Positions 50,501 to 59,914 of a DNA stretch of 64,000 nucleotides are shown here, one piece after another. Positions within the stretch are counted from its first letter, which is position 1. Each line of letters begins with the position of its first letter. The translations under genes and the position numbers were made by a program. Origin of the DNA: Alphaproteobacteria bacterium (GTDB taxonomy: Bacteria > Pseudomonadota > Alphaproteobacteria > SP197). The stretch lies in the NCBI GenBank assembly GCA_964291265.2, contig OZ219747.1, positions 3,616,001 to 3,680,000 of the forward strand, given 5' to 3'. Below the pieces are notes generated by a model. That model made no database searches. It had not been told where the DNA came from and saw only the letters and a program-made list of their open reading frames with translations.

Positions 50501-53500
50501 CAGCCGGTCCTCGAGGCGGGCCCGGCCAGAGATCCCGCAGACCCGCCACAGCAGCGTGGCGCGGTCAAGCGCCTCCAGGCTCTCGACGACCTCCCGGCCC
50601 GCCGTCACGATCCCGTCGCGCTCCTCCAGCATGGCGGCGATGTACGGACCATGAGGACCGTCCGTGTCAAGGAGCGAACGCATGTGCCGCAGGTGAGCCT
50701 CCGCGTCGCGCCGCCACCGCGTGACATCGGCGTCCCCGGGATCGACCCCGCCCGCGCCATCGAGCGGCACGTGGTCTGCGAACCATGCCGCCAGCATGCC
50801 GGCTCTCTGACGCGCCGACCTGAAGTCGTCGACGAGAGCGGTCTCCGCGGCATGGCGCGCCTGCCAGGCGTCCACCGCACGGCGTTCCTCCGCCGTCAGC
50901 CCCGTGGACCGCGCCAGGGCCGCGCCGCGGCGGGAGATGTCCGCATGGTCCGTCAGGAGGGAGGCCGGCACGGCCTTCTCCCGCGACCGTTCGACCAAGG
51001 CCCGCCAGTCGCGGGCAAAGCGCGCGGCATCGTCCTTCAGCCGCACCTTCTCCACACCGGCAAGCGCGACCCCGAGGCGCCGACGGTCACCCTCCGGGAG
51101 TGCCGGCGCCTCCTCTCCGGCGAGCCGCCGCCGGGCGCTGTCGACAAGGGCCGTTCCCGCATCGCGCCACGTCCGCCAGGCCGGGCCGTCTCCTGCAGGG
51201 TGGCCTGTGGACCGGGCCGCCCATGCCAGTTCCGGCCAGCGCCGCGGCTGGTCCTGCAGGCCGGAGATGAGCTCCCGCACCTGGCGCTCCGCAGCACGGG
51301 ACGCTTCATGGGCTCCAAGGCGCTCGTCGACGAAGGCGCGCATCTCGGCCGGCAGGTCCTCGACCGCCGCGAAGGCGGCAAGGCGCGCCATCACCCCGGC
51401 ATAGGCCGGAACCGACGAGGGAGGCGAACCCGCCGCCTCCCGTTCCACCTCTTCCCAGGCAGCGACGACGGCGGCCCACGCCTCGGGATCGACGATCGGG
51501 CCGTCGAGATCCTCGCCCAGGGCCTCGAGCGCGGCGTCGGGCACGTCGGGCGAGGTCTCGAGACACTCGATCAGCGCCTCGCGGTCGTCCGTCAACAGGG
51601 TGAACCCCTGCGAGGCACGGCTCACCTCGACGTAGAACATCTCCCGGTTCGCCATGTGTCCGGCATCGAGGACGGCGATGACCTTCTTCGCCGTCTTCCC
51701 CTGGGCGCCGTGGACCGTGGAACTCCAGGCATGGTCGAGATGGCGCAGGTGGGGATCGCTGCGGGCCAGGGAGTACTCCGTGCCGTCGTCCGCCAGCAGC
51801 CGCACCCGCTCGGGCCCGATCGACAGCACGCGGGCTTCCTCGCCGTTGACCAGGGCCGGCGTGCGCCGCCGGGCCTTGCGGTTGCGCGTCCAGCGCACCC
51901 GGTCGCCGGCCCGGATCTCGATCTCCACGGTCTCGTGCACCCCGAGGTTGCGGGCGGCGTTGCCCGAGGGCCGGAAACGCCGTTCCCGGCCGTCGGCATG
52001 GTCGAGGACGACCCAGCCGTCGCCGACCCCGGTGATGGTGCAGACATCGTCGGCACGGCAACCATAGGCGTCGCGGTGGAAGACCACCGTGTCCCCCGGT
52101 TCGTAGTTGGCGAGAACCGAGGCCTCGATGCGGGTGTAGCGCCGGTCGACGAGGCGCCGGATGGTGAGCGTCCCTCCCGTCAGCACGCCTTCCTGCGCCA
52201 GGCCCTCGCGGATGGCCGCGTTGATCTCCCGGCGCACGGCATGGGTCGGGGCGAGGACGGCGCAGGCCTCCCGGTCCTCCGCCCCGAGGGCGAGCCACGC
52301 CCGGGCCGCTTCTGCCCCGAGATCCTCCACCCGGTGTTCCGTCACCCGGTTGGCGAGCCGCGTCATGGCCTCGCCGGCTTCGCCCTCGCGGGCCCGCACC
52401 ACCGCCTCCTTCAGGTCCGCATCCTCCTGGCGCAGCACCTCGTCCATCACCGCCGTCGCCATGCCGCGCTTCTGCATGAGGGCAAAGGGCTGGCCGGCGT
52501 CCACCGCCTTCAGCTGCGCCGTGTCGCCGACGAGCACCACGCGAGCGATACCAAGGGTTCCGGCCAGGGCGAGCAGCCTCTCCATCGCCACCGTGCCGAT
52601 CATCGAGGCCTCGTCCACCACCAGCACCCCGCCATCCATGTCCTCGCGGGCCCGCTCCAGGCGGTCGGGGTCCGAGAGATCGCCGTAGCGCACCAGGAAC
52701 CACTGAAGGGTGCGGGTCGAGACCCCGGCTCCCTTCTCCAGCACCCGCGCCGCGGCGGCCGAGGGAGCAAGGGCAATGAGCGGGCGCCCCTCCACGAGGC
52801 CCGCCACCTCCTTCAGCATCGTCGTCTTGCCGCTGCCGGCCCGACCCTGCACGCCCACCACCACATCGCCTGACCCCAGGACGTGACGCACCGCGTTCGC
52901 CTGCCCGGCGGTCAGCCTCGTCGCCGCAAGGCGGGCCGTCACCGTCTCTTCCGGGACCAGGGCGACGGCCAACGTCCGGCCCTGCCTCACCGCCTCCAGG
53001 ATGCGCCGTTCCGCCTTGACCGCCCGGTCGGTGACGAAGGAACGGTCCGAGCCCCGCAGGACCGTCTCCAGCAACTCCCCTTCCGCGACGAGGCGCTCGA
53101 TCGCCGCGTCGATCTCCTCCAGCCGGTAGCGGCCCGGCGCATGGCCCAGGACCAGTGCCCGGATGTCGCGAGCCGGGATCACCGTGCGTCTCTCCTCGAC
53201 GTGAGCCACCGCCCGCGCCACCGCCTCGAGGACGCCCGTCTCGGGCTCGGCGATGCGTTCCGCCGGAGCCGCGGGGCGGAACCGGCGCCGCCGCACCACG
53301 GTCTCCACCACCGGTTCGAGGTGCGGCGCCGCAGGCGACCGCTGCCGCCGCCGGCGTTCGTTCTTCGTCAGCCCCGCTTCCGGGTCCACCGGCAGCGCCA
53401 TCTCCCGGCCCGTCTCCGGTTCGACCGGCCTCGGCGGCCTGAGCGCCGCCTCGTCGCGCACAAGGCCCAGGGCGCGCGCCCGGGCGCGCCACTGTGGCAC

Positions 53501-54343
53501 AAGCTCGGCAAGGCCCGCCTCGACCTTGCGACGGCGCGTGTGGAGCGTCGCCTTCTGCGTCGCCTCACGCGTCGCCGGAAGCCCGTGCTTCTCGAGGTAG
53601 GCAAGGATCTCCCGGCGGCGCCCGGAGAAGGCGTCCAGGAACTCCCCGTCGTAGCCCGCCAGCTCGAAGCCCGGAACCGGGCCGATCATCCGCGGCGTCA
53701 CCGCGAAACCCTGGGCCACCAGGCGCGACGCCAGTTCGTTGCGGTAGTGCGCCCCGATCAGCTTCTCGCTGCGCCGCAAGGACGTCGGCTCGATGCTCTT
53801 CCAGGCGCCGTCGGACGAGCGCGTCATGTTCGCCAGAACGCAGTGCGTGTGAAGCTGGGGATCGAGATCACGGTTTGTGAGATGGCGAAAGCCCGCCACC
53901 ACCATGCCGTCCGCCTTCACCCGCGGCCGGCGCTTCGTCGCCGGATCCCAGCCCCGGGTCTGCAAGAGGTCCCGCTCGATCCAGTCCAGGGTCGCCCGCA
54001 CCGCCTCGTCGTGCGCCCGGATGACACGCACGTCCCCCATCACCAGCGCCTCCAGAGACACCGACTTCGGCGCCGAGAACGTGATGTCCCAGCCCGGACG
54101 GTGCCGGCGCTCTCCCTCGACGATCCTCCCCAGACGGATGTCCGTCTTCGGCACCTTGCCCTGCAGCACCGACTCGAAGCGCGACGGCACAACGTGGCCC
54201 CTCAGCCCAAGGTCGCCCGCCGCACGGCCATGCCAGAAGCTCGCCTTGCGATGCTCGGGATCGTTGCGGGCGTAGTACCCATCCTGCTCGTAGTACGAAA
54301 CCGCGGTCGCCGAGGACGCAAGCTCGTGAACCGTCGCCACCAT
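47576..54343 (-). CDS. MOBF (TrwC/TraI-like) relaxase-helicase with long repetitive C-terminal extension, 2255 aa
   Basis: SYYEQDGYY, WDITFSAPKSVS, FRHLTNRDLDPQLHTH, QGRAGSGKTT, VVDEASM, LVGDTAQL, TVHGAQGKT; basic tail RRRGRSRGLSM. Confidence 0.93.
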   Translation of the reverse strand: MVATVHELASSATAVSYYEQDGYYARNDPEHRKASFWHGRAAGDLGLRGHVVPSRFESVLQGKVPKTDIRLGRIVEGERRHRPGWDITFSAPKSVSLEALVMGDVRVIRAHDEAVRATLDWIERDLLQTRGWDPATKRRPRVKADGMVVAGFRHLTNRDLDPQLHTHCVLANMTRSSDGAWKSIEPTSLRRSEKLIGAHYRNELASRLVAQGFAVTPRMIGPVPGFELAGYDGEFLDAFSGRRREILAYLEKHGLPATREATQKATLHTRRRKVEAGLAELVPQWRARARALGLVRDEAALRPPRPVEPETGREMALPVDPEAGLTKNERRRRQRSPAAPHLEPVVETVVRRRRFRPAAPAERIAEPETGVLEAVARAVAHVEERRTVIPARDIRALVLGHAPGRYRLEEIDAAIERLVAEGELLETVLRGSDRSFVTDRAVKAERRILEAVRQGRTLAVALVPEETVTARLAATRLTAGQANAVRHVLGSGDVVVGVQGRAGSGKTTMLKEVAGLVEGRPLIALAPSAAAARVLEKGAGVSTRTLQWFLVRYGDLSDPDRLERAREDMDGGVLVVDEASMIGTVAMERLLALAGTLGIARVVLVGDTAQLKAVDAGQPFALMQKRGMATAVMDEVLRQEDADLKEAVVRAREGEAGEAMTRLANRVTEHRVEDLGAEAARAWLALGAEDREACAVLAPTHAVRREINAAIREGLAQEGVLTGGTLTIRRLVDRRYTRIEASVLANYEPGDTVVFHRDAYGCRADDVCTITGVGDGWVVLDHADGRERRFRPSGNAARNLGVHETVEIEIRAGDRVRWTRNRKARRRTPALVNGEEARVLSIGPERVRLLADDGTEYSLARSDPHLRHLDHAWSSTVHGAQGKTAKKVIAVLDAGHMANREMFYVEVSRASQGFTLLTDDREALIECLETSPDVPDAALEALGEDLDGPIVDPEAWAAVVAAWEEVEREAAGSPPSSVPAYAGVMARLAAFAAVEDLPAEMRAFVDERLGAHEASRAAERQVRELISGLQDQPRRWPELAWAARSTGHPAGDGPAWRTWRDAGTALVDSARRRLAGEEAPALPEGDRRRLGVALAGVEKVRLKDDAARFARDWRALVERSREKAVPASLLTDHADISRRGAALARSTGLTAEERRAVDAWQARHAAETALVDDFRSARQRAGMLAAWFADHVPLDGAGGVDPGDADVTRWRRDAEAHLRHMRSLLDTDGPHGPYIAAMLEERDGIVTAGREVVESLEALDRATLLWRVCGISGRARLEDRLPLDLAEWFGTLGEIRRAVDAAAPGDPVGRHLERWLADDGRWRRDRRRVAETVGLLRDLERSRPRYADIRGDAPDRRAWRNGAEALDGALETVVALADHERRAHLAACGMTAQDFASLVGAVPLWRATDAALAGLDDWSGRAAEVLREGGEGPTIAQEDVERAYALIEEGRRLVEEWAAHPSRTDDMAGARDAVDSVIRQLEAARLTAACQAFAAFTRSVNRAHEEGGVHPLDAADYPRLLAALEDLAEHEGTPQATRDLMADWRDADGRWKAERRETEATVARARVLAKTGPAPAAADHPDADHPDARAWRTEAAAMLTAARAMLADRSLKARHLDALADARRDLVAAAATIETTFRALDRAALLQRVKEIEDRAEAAGRLPCDLADWPGLLEEVPGAVADGAPADGTVRAFTRRLDDDRRWRRDRARLAKALARLAEAETNRPTFGGSGDDRAAWRAAAPAAAEEAGAAMDAIPEGERTAQLRALGTSPDAFRQRLASAPSWMATDAALDVLANWRRRAGRLGEAAEPGDPLWRRDAAALLAEGRALPGAWKADGLPARDMAGAGDVVKTEAERIDAMLLGDSLRALVRRADAINGEVRDHHRHPLDSPHMAPLREVLRQLRDDPRLTAEDRTTVGAWRETLDGWDGERQRVHELVAEALALQPGLQGSAALSDAWRRRARMLLEAVEAGSLNQEAHIRAAGASPRRLAYIVAALPERLAQDDAVREEAGRTRHLLEVRTAMRQLREAPFDVSRSVRWDGTEPLLRGDRLSWIDAEGRHDAVVEMVSHVTGPDVIDRLRIRPVGGTETRSLHAETLRPLAGNVTCRRLLWPDEALRQRERDRQYPVRNDAFPFACEERVLPDDRIRWTMVRHAGPVQPPIEGDTAQVEAIVEAVEPGVNDVVGDGVTLRVVRSWGMQGAPAAGSTIRQDMRSLFTRGCVRAPWDDETARERRMAETLREIEARRRGRSRGLSM

Positions 54344-54349
54344 GGAGCG

Positions 54350-55147
54350 TCACTCCGGCGTCACGATCTCCAGCGACAGGTCCGGCGGCGGCCAGGGCGG
54401 CAACTCCGCCGCCGGCAGCATGGCCGTGACCGCAGGAGGAGCCTCAAGATAGCGCACCACGAAGTCGGTCATGAGGCCGAAGAAGAATGCGCAGCCGACG
54501 AGAAGGGGAAGCGCCACGCCGGTAAGCCAGAAATCGCGCCGGGAGCGCTTGAGCGCCTGCTCGACATGACCGAACCGACGGCCGAGTGCGGCCGTCCCAC
54601 TGGCAATGTCGCCCAGCGTCCGCGCCTCGCCGGCCTGCGCCTCCTTCCTCTCCGCCATGGCGTCGTGCGTCTCCTTGCGCAGCGTCTCGACGGAAGTCGA
54701 CAGCGCCGGGACGGCATCCGCGGCAGCGGCGAGCCGACGGTCATGGTCCGCGAGCGTGTCGGCGATCCTGTTCAGCGTGTCGTTCAGGGCGGCAAGGTCG
54801 GCGTGAACGGCGGCTGCCGACTTCACGTTGGCCTCGTCGAGCCTCACCGCAAGACCGGCGACGGCGGCAAGGACGCTTCGCACCGCCTTCATCAGCTCCG
54901 CGTGTCCCTCCGCACCGTTGCTGTCTTGCTCCTTGAGCCGCTCCGCAAGGGAACTGACAGCATCTACCAGGGCCTTCAGGACTTTGAGTTGCTGCTCCAT
55001 CGACTTCTGCAACGCCGCACCCTGCTCGCTGACGAGGGACTGGCACGCGTCCACGGCGGCCTGGATTGTCTCCAGCGTCTCACGGTCCGCCGACGCCAGG
55101 CGCTGTGCCGGTTCAAGCGGGCGAAGAAGGGTCTTTCCTCGTGTCAT
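54350..55147 (-). CDS. Coiled-coil protein with C-terminal TM helix (possible mobilization accessory protein)
   Basis: RBS GGGGAGA before MTRGKTLL; heptad-rich; hydrophobic WLTGVALPLLVGCAFFFGL; ends 6 bp upstream of the relaxase start. Confidence 0.6.
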   Translation of the reverse strand: MTRGKTLLRPLEPAQRLASADRETLETIQAAVDACQSLVSEQGAALQKSMEQQLKVLKALVDAVSSLAERLKEQDSNGAEGHAELMKAVRSVLAAVAGLAVRLDEANVKSAAAVHADLAALNDTLNRIADTLADHDRRLAAAADAVPALSTSVETLRKETHDAMAERKEAQAGEARTLGDIASGTAALGRRFGHVEQALKRSRRDFWLTGVALPLLVGCAFFFGLMTDFVVRYLEAPPAVTAMLPAAELPPWPPPDLSLEIVTPE

Positions 55148-55282
55148 GGCGCATCTCCCCCTGTCGTGACTTCGGCTCCTCCCCAAGCCATGACAGGGAT
55201 GTGCACAGGAGAAGGCGGAATGCAACCGCTGAATCGACGGGGCGGAGGGAGCAGGCCGTTTTTCCGTGGAGCCGGGACGATA

Positions 55283-55322
55283 TGCCGTGACGGCACACTC
55301 GGCAGTCAGCGTGTTGTCTGCC
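55283..55322 (+). promoter_or_regulatory. Candidate MOBF oriT/nic site
   Basis: GCGTGTTGTCT at 55309-55319 resembles R388 nic GCGTATTGTCT; short IR TGCCG-TGA-CGGCA upstream; lies just before the relaxase operon. Confidence 0.4.
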
Positions 55323-55445
55323 CACCCATCCGATGATCGCTGGACGCGGATTTGCCCGCTGACATGATGGGAGTCGTATCAGGGGAGTCGAACCAGGATA
55401 CTCTCCGGGAACGTTGCGCAGACCGACGGCCCGTCCGGCAGACGT

Positions 55446-55700
55446 TCACTCCTCGAACCCGAACGATTCTTCATCCAGCTTGAGGTCTCGGGCGTTGGCC
55501 TTGACGGTCTCGACCACATCGTCGGGATATCCTTCGTCAGGACCGTTGCCTTCGAGTTCGACGGTGAGGTTCAGGGATGACCCTCTCGGCCTTGTGAGTT
55601 CGGCCAACAACCCGTCCATGATGCGTGCAACCTCCAGACCCGCACGGTCGGGATCGATTTCGATGGTGTCAAAGAACCGCGTCGGTTGCATCCGTCTCAC
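55446..55700 (-). pseudogene. C-terminal fragment of a DUF499-type ATPase (defence-associated)
   Basis: PTRFF..IEIDPDRAG.EVARI...L...L.VELE...GYPDDVVETVKANARDLK...FGFEE. Confidence 0.6.
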
Positions 55701-55758
55701 CGGGCCAGGCACTTGTCCTCGCAGTCGCCCACAGGCTCCACGGTGACCTCTCCAAAGT

Positions 55759-58204
55759 CAGACGTCCTGACCTCGGCTATGAATTTGTCCAATCAGTTTG
55801 ATGCTTCTGGGCCGAGTTTGGGTGGGTTGTCTGGCATGTCGTAGATCATGCGCAGGTCGGTTCCTGGGAAGATCGTGCGTGTCTGGTTGAGTTCATCGAG
55901 CAGTCCGGCGATGTCGGCGTCGCGCGCGTTGCTGGCGGTGCCGAGGAAGCGCACCCGCAGGACGCGGTTTTCCTGATCGGGGATGATGTCGGCGTCCGAC
56001 TGGAACAGTTCGGCGAGAGGGCGTCGCGGGCGCTGCTTTGCGCCCTGGGCCTGGGCGACGGCGGCCATCATCCGGGTTTCGGCGCGGTAGGCGATCATGC
56101 GAACGATGTCGAGCAGCAGCCTCTCGCTGGAGGGCAGGGCGTCGAGCCTGTCGTTCTCGTCGAGCTCGGCCACGGTGACATGTTTCGGGATTTCTGAACG
56201 CCGGACCTTGAGCGCCTCGTGCTCGGCGTCGAGCGTCACGATCTTGTCCTGCAGCGTTGCGGCGGCCGTGATGGCGGTGTCGGACGGGGCGCCCTTGAGC
56301 AGGTCGGCGACGCGGTTGCGCAGTGTGCCGAGCTTCTGGCGCAGCTGGCGGATGCGGCGGTCGCAGCGGCGCCAGTGCGGATGGACGACGCGCGCTTCGG
56401 GGTCCTGCTCGACAAGGCCGTGCACGGCCAGCGCGTCGAGGCCGAACTCCTGGCGCATGGACTTGAAGAAGTTCTCCTGGGACCAGCGCGAGAACAGCGC
56501 GCCGGCGACCCGCTCCATGGGCGTGTGCATGTCCGTGGTGACAAGCGGCACCTGCCGGCCGCTGTCCAGAAGACGCCGGATCTGGCGCACCTGCGGTCCG
56601 CCGGACAGCGTGATCCGTCTCTGTGCGAGCCGCACCTCGGCGGTGCGGACGCCACCTGGTGAGTGGAGCGGCGCCCGGACCGTGCGGAACTCCCCCTCCG
56701 GCCAGGGACCGCCCCGGAACCCCTTGTGCCAGGTGATCACCGCCACCCCGCGCCGGGCGAGGCGGGCGAACAGCGCCGGGCTCCAGCCCTCGCGGTCGAA
56801 CACCAGCGTCAGCCCCGGCGCGACCGCCTCTCCCCTGGCGAGGTTCGGCGCCTCCGGCCCCGGCAGGCCGAGCCGCTCCAGCGCGGGCAGGATGTCGTGC
56901 TCCAGCGCGTGCGTCATGGTCGGGTCGAGGTCCTTGTGCAGGCACAGGAGCGGCCGGCCGCCGAGCGCGTTGACCCAATAGCCTGTCGAGGCCGGCAGAC
57001 AGAGCTTCTGACGTGACACGAAGTGCTTCGGCAGGCGACCCTTGCGGCCGGTATACACCTTCACGTGCCCGTCCACCGACAGTGTCGCGCAGACATCCGG
57101 CGCCTCCGCGATCCAGTCCTTCGCCAGCGCGTCCTGTCAGTCCCGGACCCGCTGCGGGTCGCTCGCCAGCGCCCTGATCTTGCGCCGCAGCGTCTTGACC
57201 TCCGGGCAGCGGTCGAGCCCCAGGACCGCACCCCGTTCCCCGGGCGCCTCGTGGCGCAGCGCCTCGGGGTTGCGGATCCGGGCCATGAACAGGAAGGCGA
57301 GCATGAGAAGCACGCTCGTCAGCCCATAGTACCCTTTCGGCAGCGACAGGAACCTGTCCGCGTGCTCCAGGAGACCCTCCTTCAGCAGCGCCGGCAGCGC
57401 CGCCAGGACGCCGCCGCCGGCGACCGCCGAGAGTGGCTCGTCGAAGCGCGGCGGCGCTTCGCTCATGGCCCCCGTCGAGGCCGCGACGCGCCCGGCGCTG
57501 TCGCGCGCGCCGCGCCCCATCGGCGCGACCCTGTCGCGACGGTCCCGCTCGCCGCGGCCGAGAAGATCGTCCGGGCATCGCGTGGCCTCGTCGACTTGCG
57601 CCGCCTGCGGCCGCTCTCCGCCGCCGATGAAGCCGTTGCTGAGGTTGTAGTACGCCGTCGATCTCGCGATCCCCAGTTCCCGGGCCAGTGCCGCGGCGTT
57701 CATGCCCTCGGCCAGGAGACGGTTCGCCGCGGCTGCCGTCTCGCCTGTGATCACGCTGAGACCACGGCCCTTGCGTGGCTCGTAGAAGCTCGCTTCGCCC
57801 TCGTCCCGGAGCTTCCTCACCGCCCGCTGCACGGTCGCGCGGCTCACGTCGAAGGCCGCCTGCAGGTCTCCTTGAGGAACGCCGTGCCTGGCGAACCTGG
57901 CGATCCGCAGCAGCATGGCCGGCCGGTCGCCCTCGTCGTGGCAGTCGAAGGGCTCCATGTTCGAGAAGTAGACGGTCTGTCCGTCGAGGTCGGCAAGGGA
58001 GAAGCACGAGGTTCCGATCTGGACGGCTTCGGGAGGGTGCATTGCGAGCGTGTTCATGGCCTGGACTGCTCCAATATAGGCGTCATGTTATATTGGATCA
58101 CCCCACGGCTATGTTGTCAAGCAAAAAACTGGGAAACCCGTTCATTGTGTTGGAAAAAAAAGGGCCGGACTGATCAAGTCAACTCACTGAGGTCAGGACG
58201 TCTG
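55759..58204 (-). mobile_element. Unclassified (ISNCY-like) insertion sequence, 2446 bp, inserted in an IS4 relic
   Basis: Perfect 16-bp IR CAGACGTCCTGACCTC; 5-bp DR AAAGT at 55754-55758 and 58205-58209. Confidence 0.88.
55793..58057 (-). pseudogene. Putative DDE transposase with N-terminal HTH domains and one in-frame TGA at 57137-57139
   Basis: Two track ORFs lie in the same frame: GLDRCPEVKTLRRK..RVRD*QDALAKDW..SVDGHVKVY, LVFDREGWS, RWSQENFFK. Confidence 0.8.
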
Positions 58205-58543
58205 AAAGTCCCCAGAGAACAGACGAGGAGCTTGTCGGGATAGTCCCTCTCAAGGGTGTCGGCGCCGAAGGCATGAGGCCTTGGTGCAGGCAGGTCGACG
58301 TTGATTGACGAAGCAAGATCAGGCAGGACCGCACGCACTGAGGCCAGTCGCAGGCCGCCCGTCGCGTTGCGCCACCCCTCGCGCTCGCACAATCCCCGCG
58401 CCAAGAACGAACGCGTGCTGCCCTCGGCAATCGACGCGGCCTTCAGTCAATCTCCCGTCGTCGCTGACAGGTGTCGAGAGTCTATCCTTGGGGATCACTA
58501 TGTATGTCGTCATGAACGGAAAGTTAAGCATCCAGGTTGACAG
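58205..58543 (-). pseudogene. DUF4338-IS4 left-end and N-terminal relic (continues at about 55710-55758)
   Basis: LARGLCEREGWRNA..LASVRAVLPDLA..TLERDYPDKLL matches the N-terminus of 40010-42349. Confidence 0.85.
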
Positions 58544-58765
58544 AGGCAACTCCGGTCGAAATGACGGTATGGCGTTTCGACCCGTAACAGACAAGATGCG
58601 CAACGGTCCTATGAACAATCCCGATGAAAACAACGGCCAATTAGCGATCGACTATTTCAGCACCAACCGCCTCGACTTCCACGGCGTGCTTGCCCAGTAC
58701 TCTCTCCTTTTCAGCAACATAGAGGACGAGTTGTGCCGTGCGTCGCGGGATCGAGTGTATACCCC

Positions 58766-59854
58766 TCAAGAATCCCTGCTACTCCGCTGTTGGGGCTGAC
58801 AATTCGCCTGGTCGATCCTCATCGAAAGATTCGAAAGCAGCTTTTCACCAGCTGCTCCCGTGGGTTGTGCCGAGACGTCATTGCCGCAAGGATTAAAACA
58901 AAGACGACTTTGAGATTCACGTTCGCGCCAGCGGGATACAAATTTTTTCTTGACACGACTTCTAAAGCAAAGCATAGCGGCGGTAAGCAAAAGCACAAAG
59001 GGAACAAAAAGCGCAGCACCAACTTCCGTCTTCATGAAAGCTGACATTACCGCAAGATAAACAACCGATAGAGGCAGGGCGCAAATTATGCCTACACTCC
59101 ATTCCAGCCCTTCCCATTTCCTTTCAACATAGTTATCTATCTCTTCACCGATTCTAGTAACTCTTGCTCTCTCAATTTTATCTCTTTCAGCCAACCATTT
59201 CCTTTGTGAAGCATTCCCGCACTGATCGCAAGCAAGATGTCCATTTTGACCAACAAACCAAACCTTCGTTGGCTCCTTTGACCAAAGCCAATTTCCACAC
59301 CCAGTGCATCGACCCTTTTGTTCTCGTGCCTGCCTAACGATTTCTGGCGACTTCATTGCCTCCCATATTCTTTGCGCGATGCGAATCGGGCTGTCGTCAC
59401 GGCTGCCGTCACCCGCACGGAGGTTGCAGTCGGAGCAGAGCGCCTGGCAGTTTTCCCAACCGTCCCGGCCGCCTTTGCTTCTCGGTACGATATGATCGAC
59501 ATGGATCGAGACGGCCGGCAGCGCCAGTAGGTTGCGTCCGCATCCTTTTCCCGTCGGGTCCTTCTGCGGGTCGCCGCACTTGCCGTTCTGTGCGACGATG
59601 CAATGCAACCAGTGACGCCGATAGTCGCTCTCGTCCCGAACCCGTCTTGACCGGTTACACCACCGTTCTTTTGCTTGCTCCGGTCCTTCCGGTCCCCACT
59701 GACCCGTGGCTGTCCCCTTGCGGATTGTCTTTGCAATTTCGAGGATCTTCTGATGTTCGGCGCAGCAAGTTTCGGTGCGATTCTTCCACGGCTCCGCCGG
59801 GCGACACACTGCGCAGTGTTTATCGGGAAGCGACGCTTGCTGCATCTTCTCCAC
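58766..59854 (-). CDS. HNH endonuclease with extra Cys motifs and two C-terminal TM helices
   Basis: HVDHIVPRSKGGRDGWENCQALCSDCN; CAVC, CTGC, CDQC; hydrophobic WSVGIICALPLSVVYLAVM and ALFVPFVLLLTAAMLCF; RBS AGGAG. Confidence 0.8.
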   Translation of the reverse strand: MEKMQQASLPDKHCAVCRPAEPWKNRTETCCAEHQKILEIAKTIRKGTATGQWGPEGPEQAKERWCNRSRRVRDESDYRRHWLHCIVAQNGKCGDPQKDPTGKGCGRNLLALPAVSIHVDHIVPRSKGGRDGWENCQALCSDCNLRAGDGSRDDSPIRIAQRIWEAMKSPEIVRQAREQKGRCTGCGNWLWSKEPTKVWFVGQNGHLACDQCGNASQRKWLAERDKIERARVTRIGEEIDNYVERKWEGLEWSVGIICALPLSVVYLAVMSAFMKTEVGAALFVPFVLLLTAAMLCFRSRVKKKFVSRWRERESQSRLCFNPCGNDVSAQPTGAAGEKLLSNLSMRIDQANCQPQQRSSRDS

Positions 59855-59914
59855 TACTCCTGTCGCTTGATGGATATCCTGACGTCACGATGCATAATTT
59901 GAATCCGAGTTATG

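Noticed and set aside
50411-55336. Long + strand ORFs of 820 and 817 aa
   Set aside because: Antisense shadows of the high-GC relaxase operon with no recognisable motifs; the same applies to shadows over the ABC, FDH and IS genes
57137-57139. Selenocysteine recoding of the in-frame TGA
   Set aside because: Transposase context, Trp is more plausible at this position, and no SECIS hairpin was recognised
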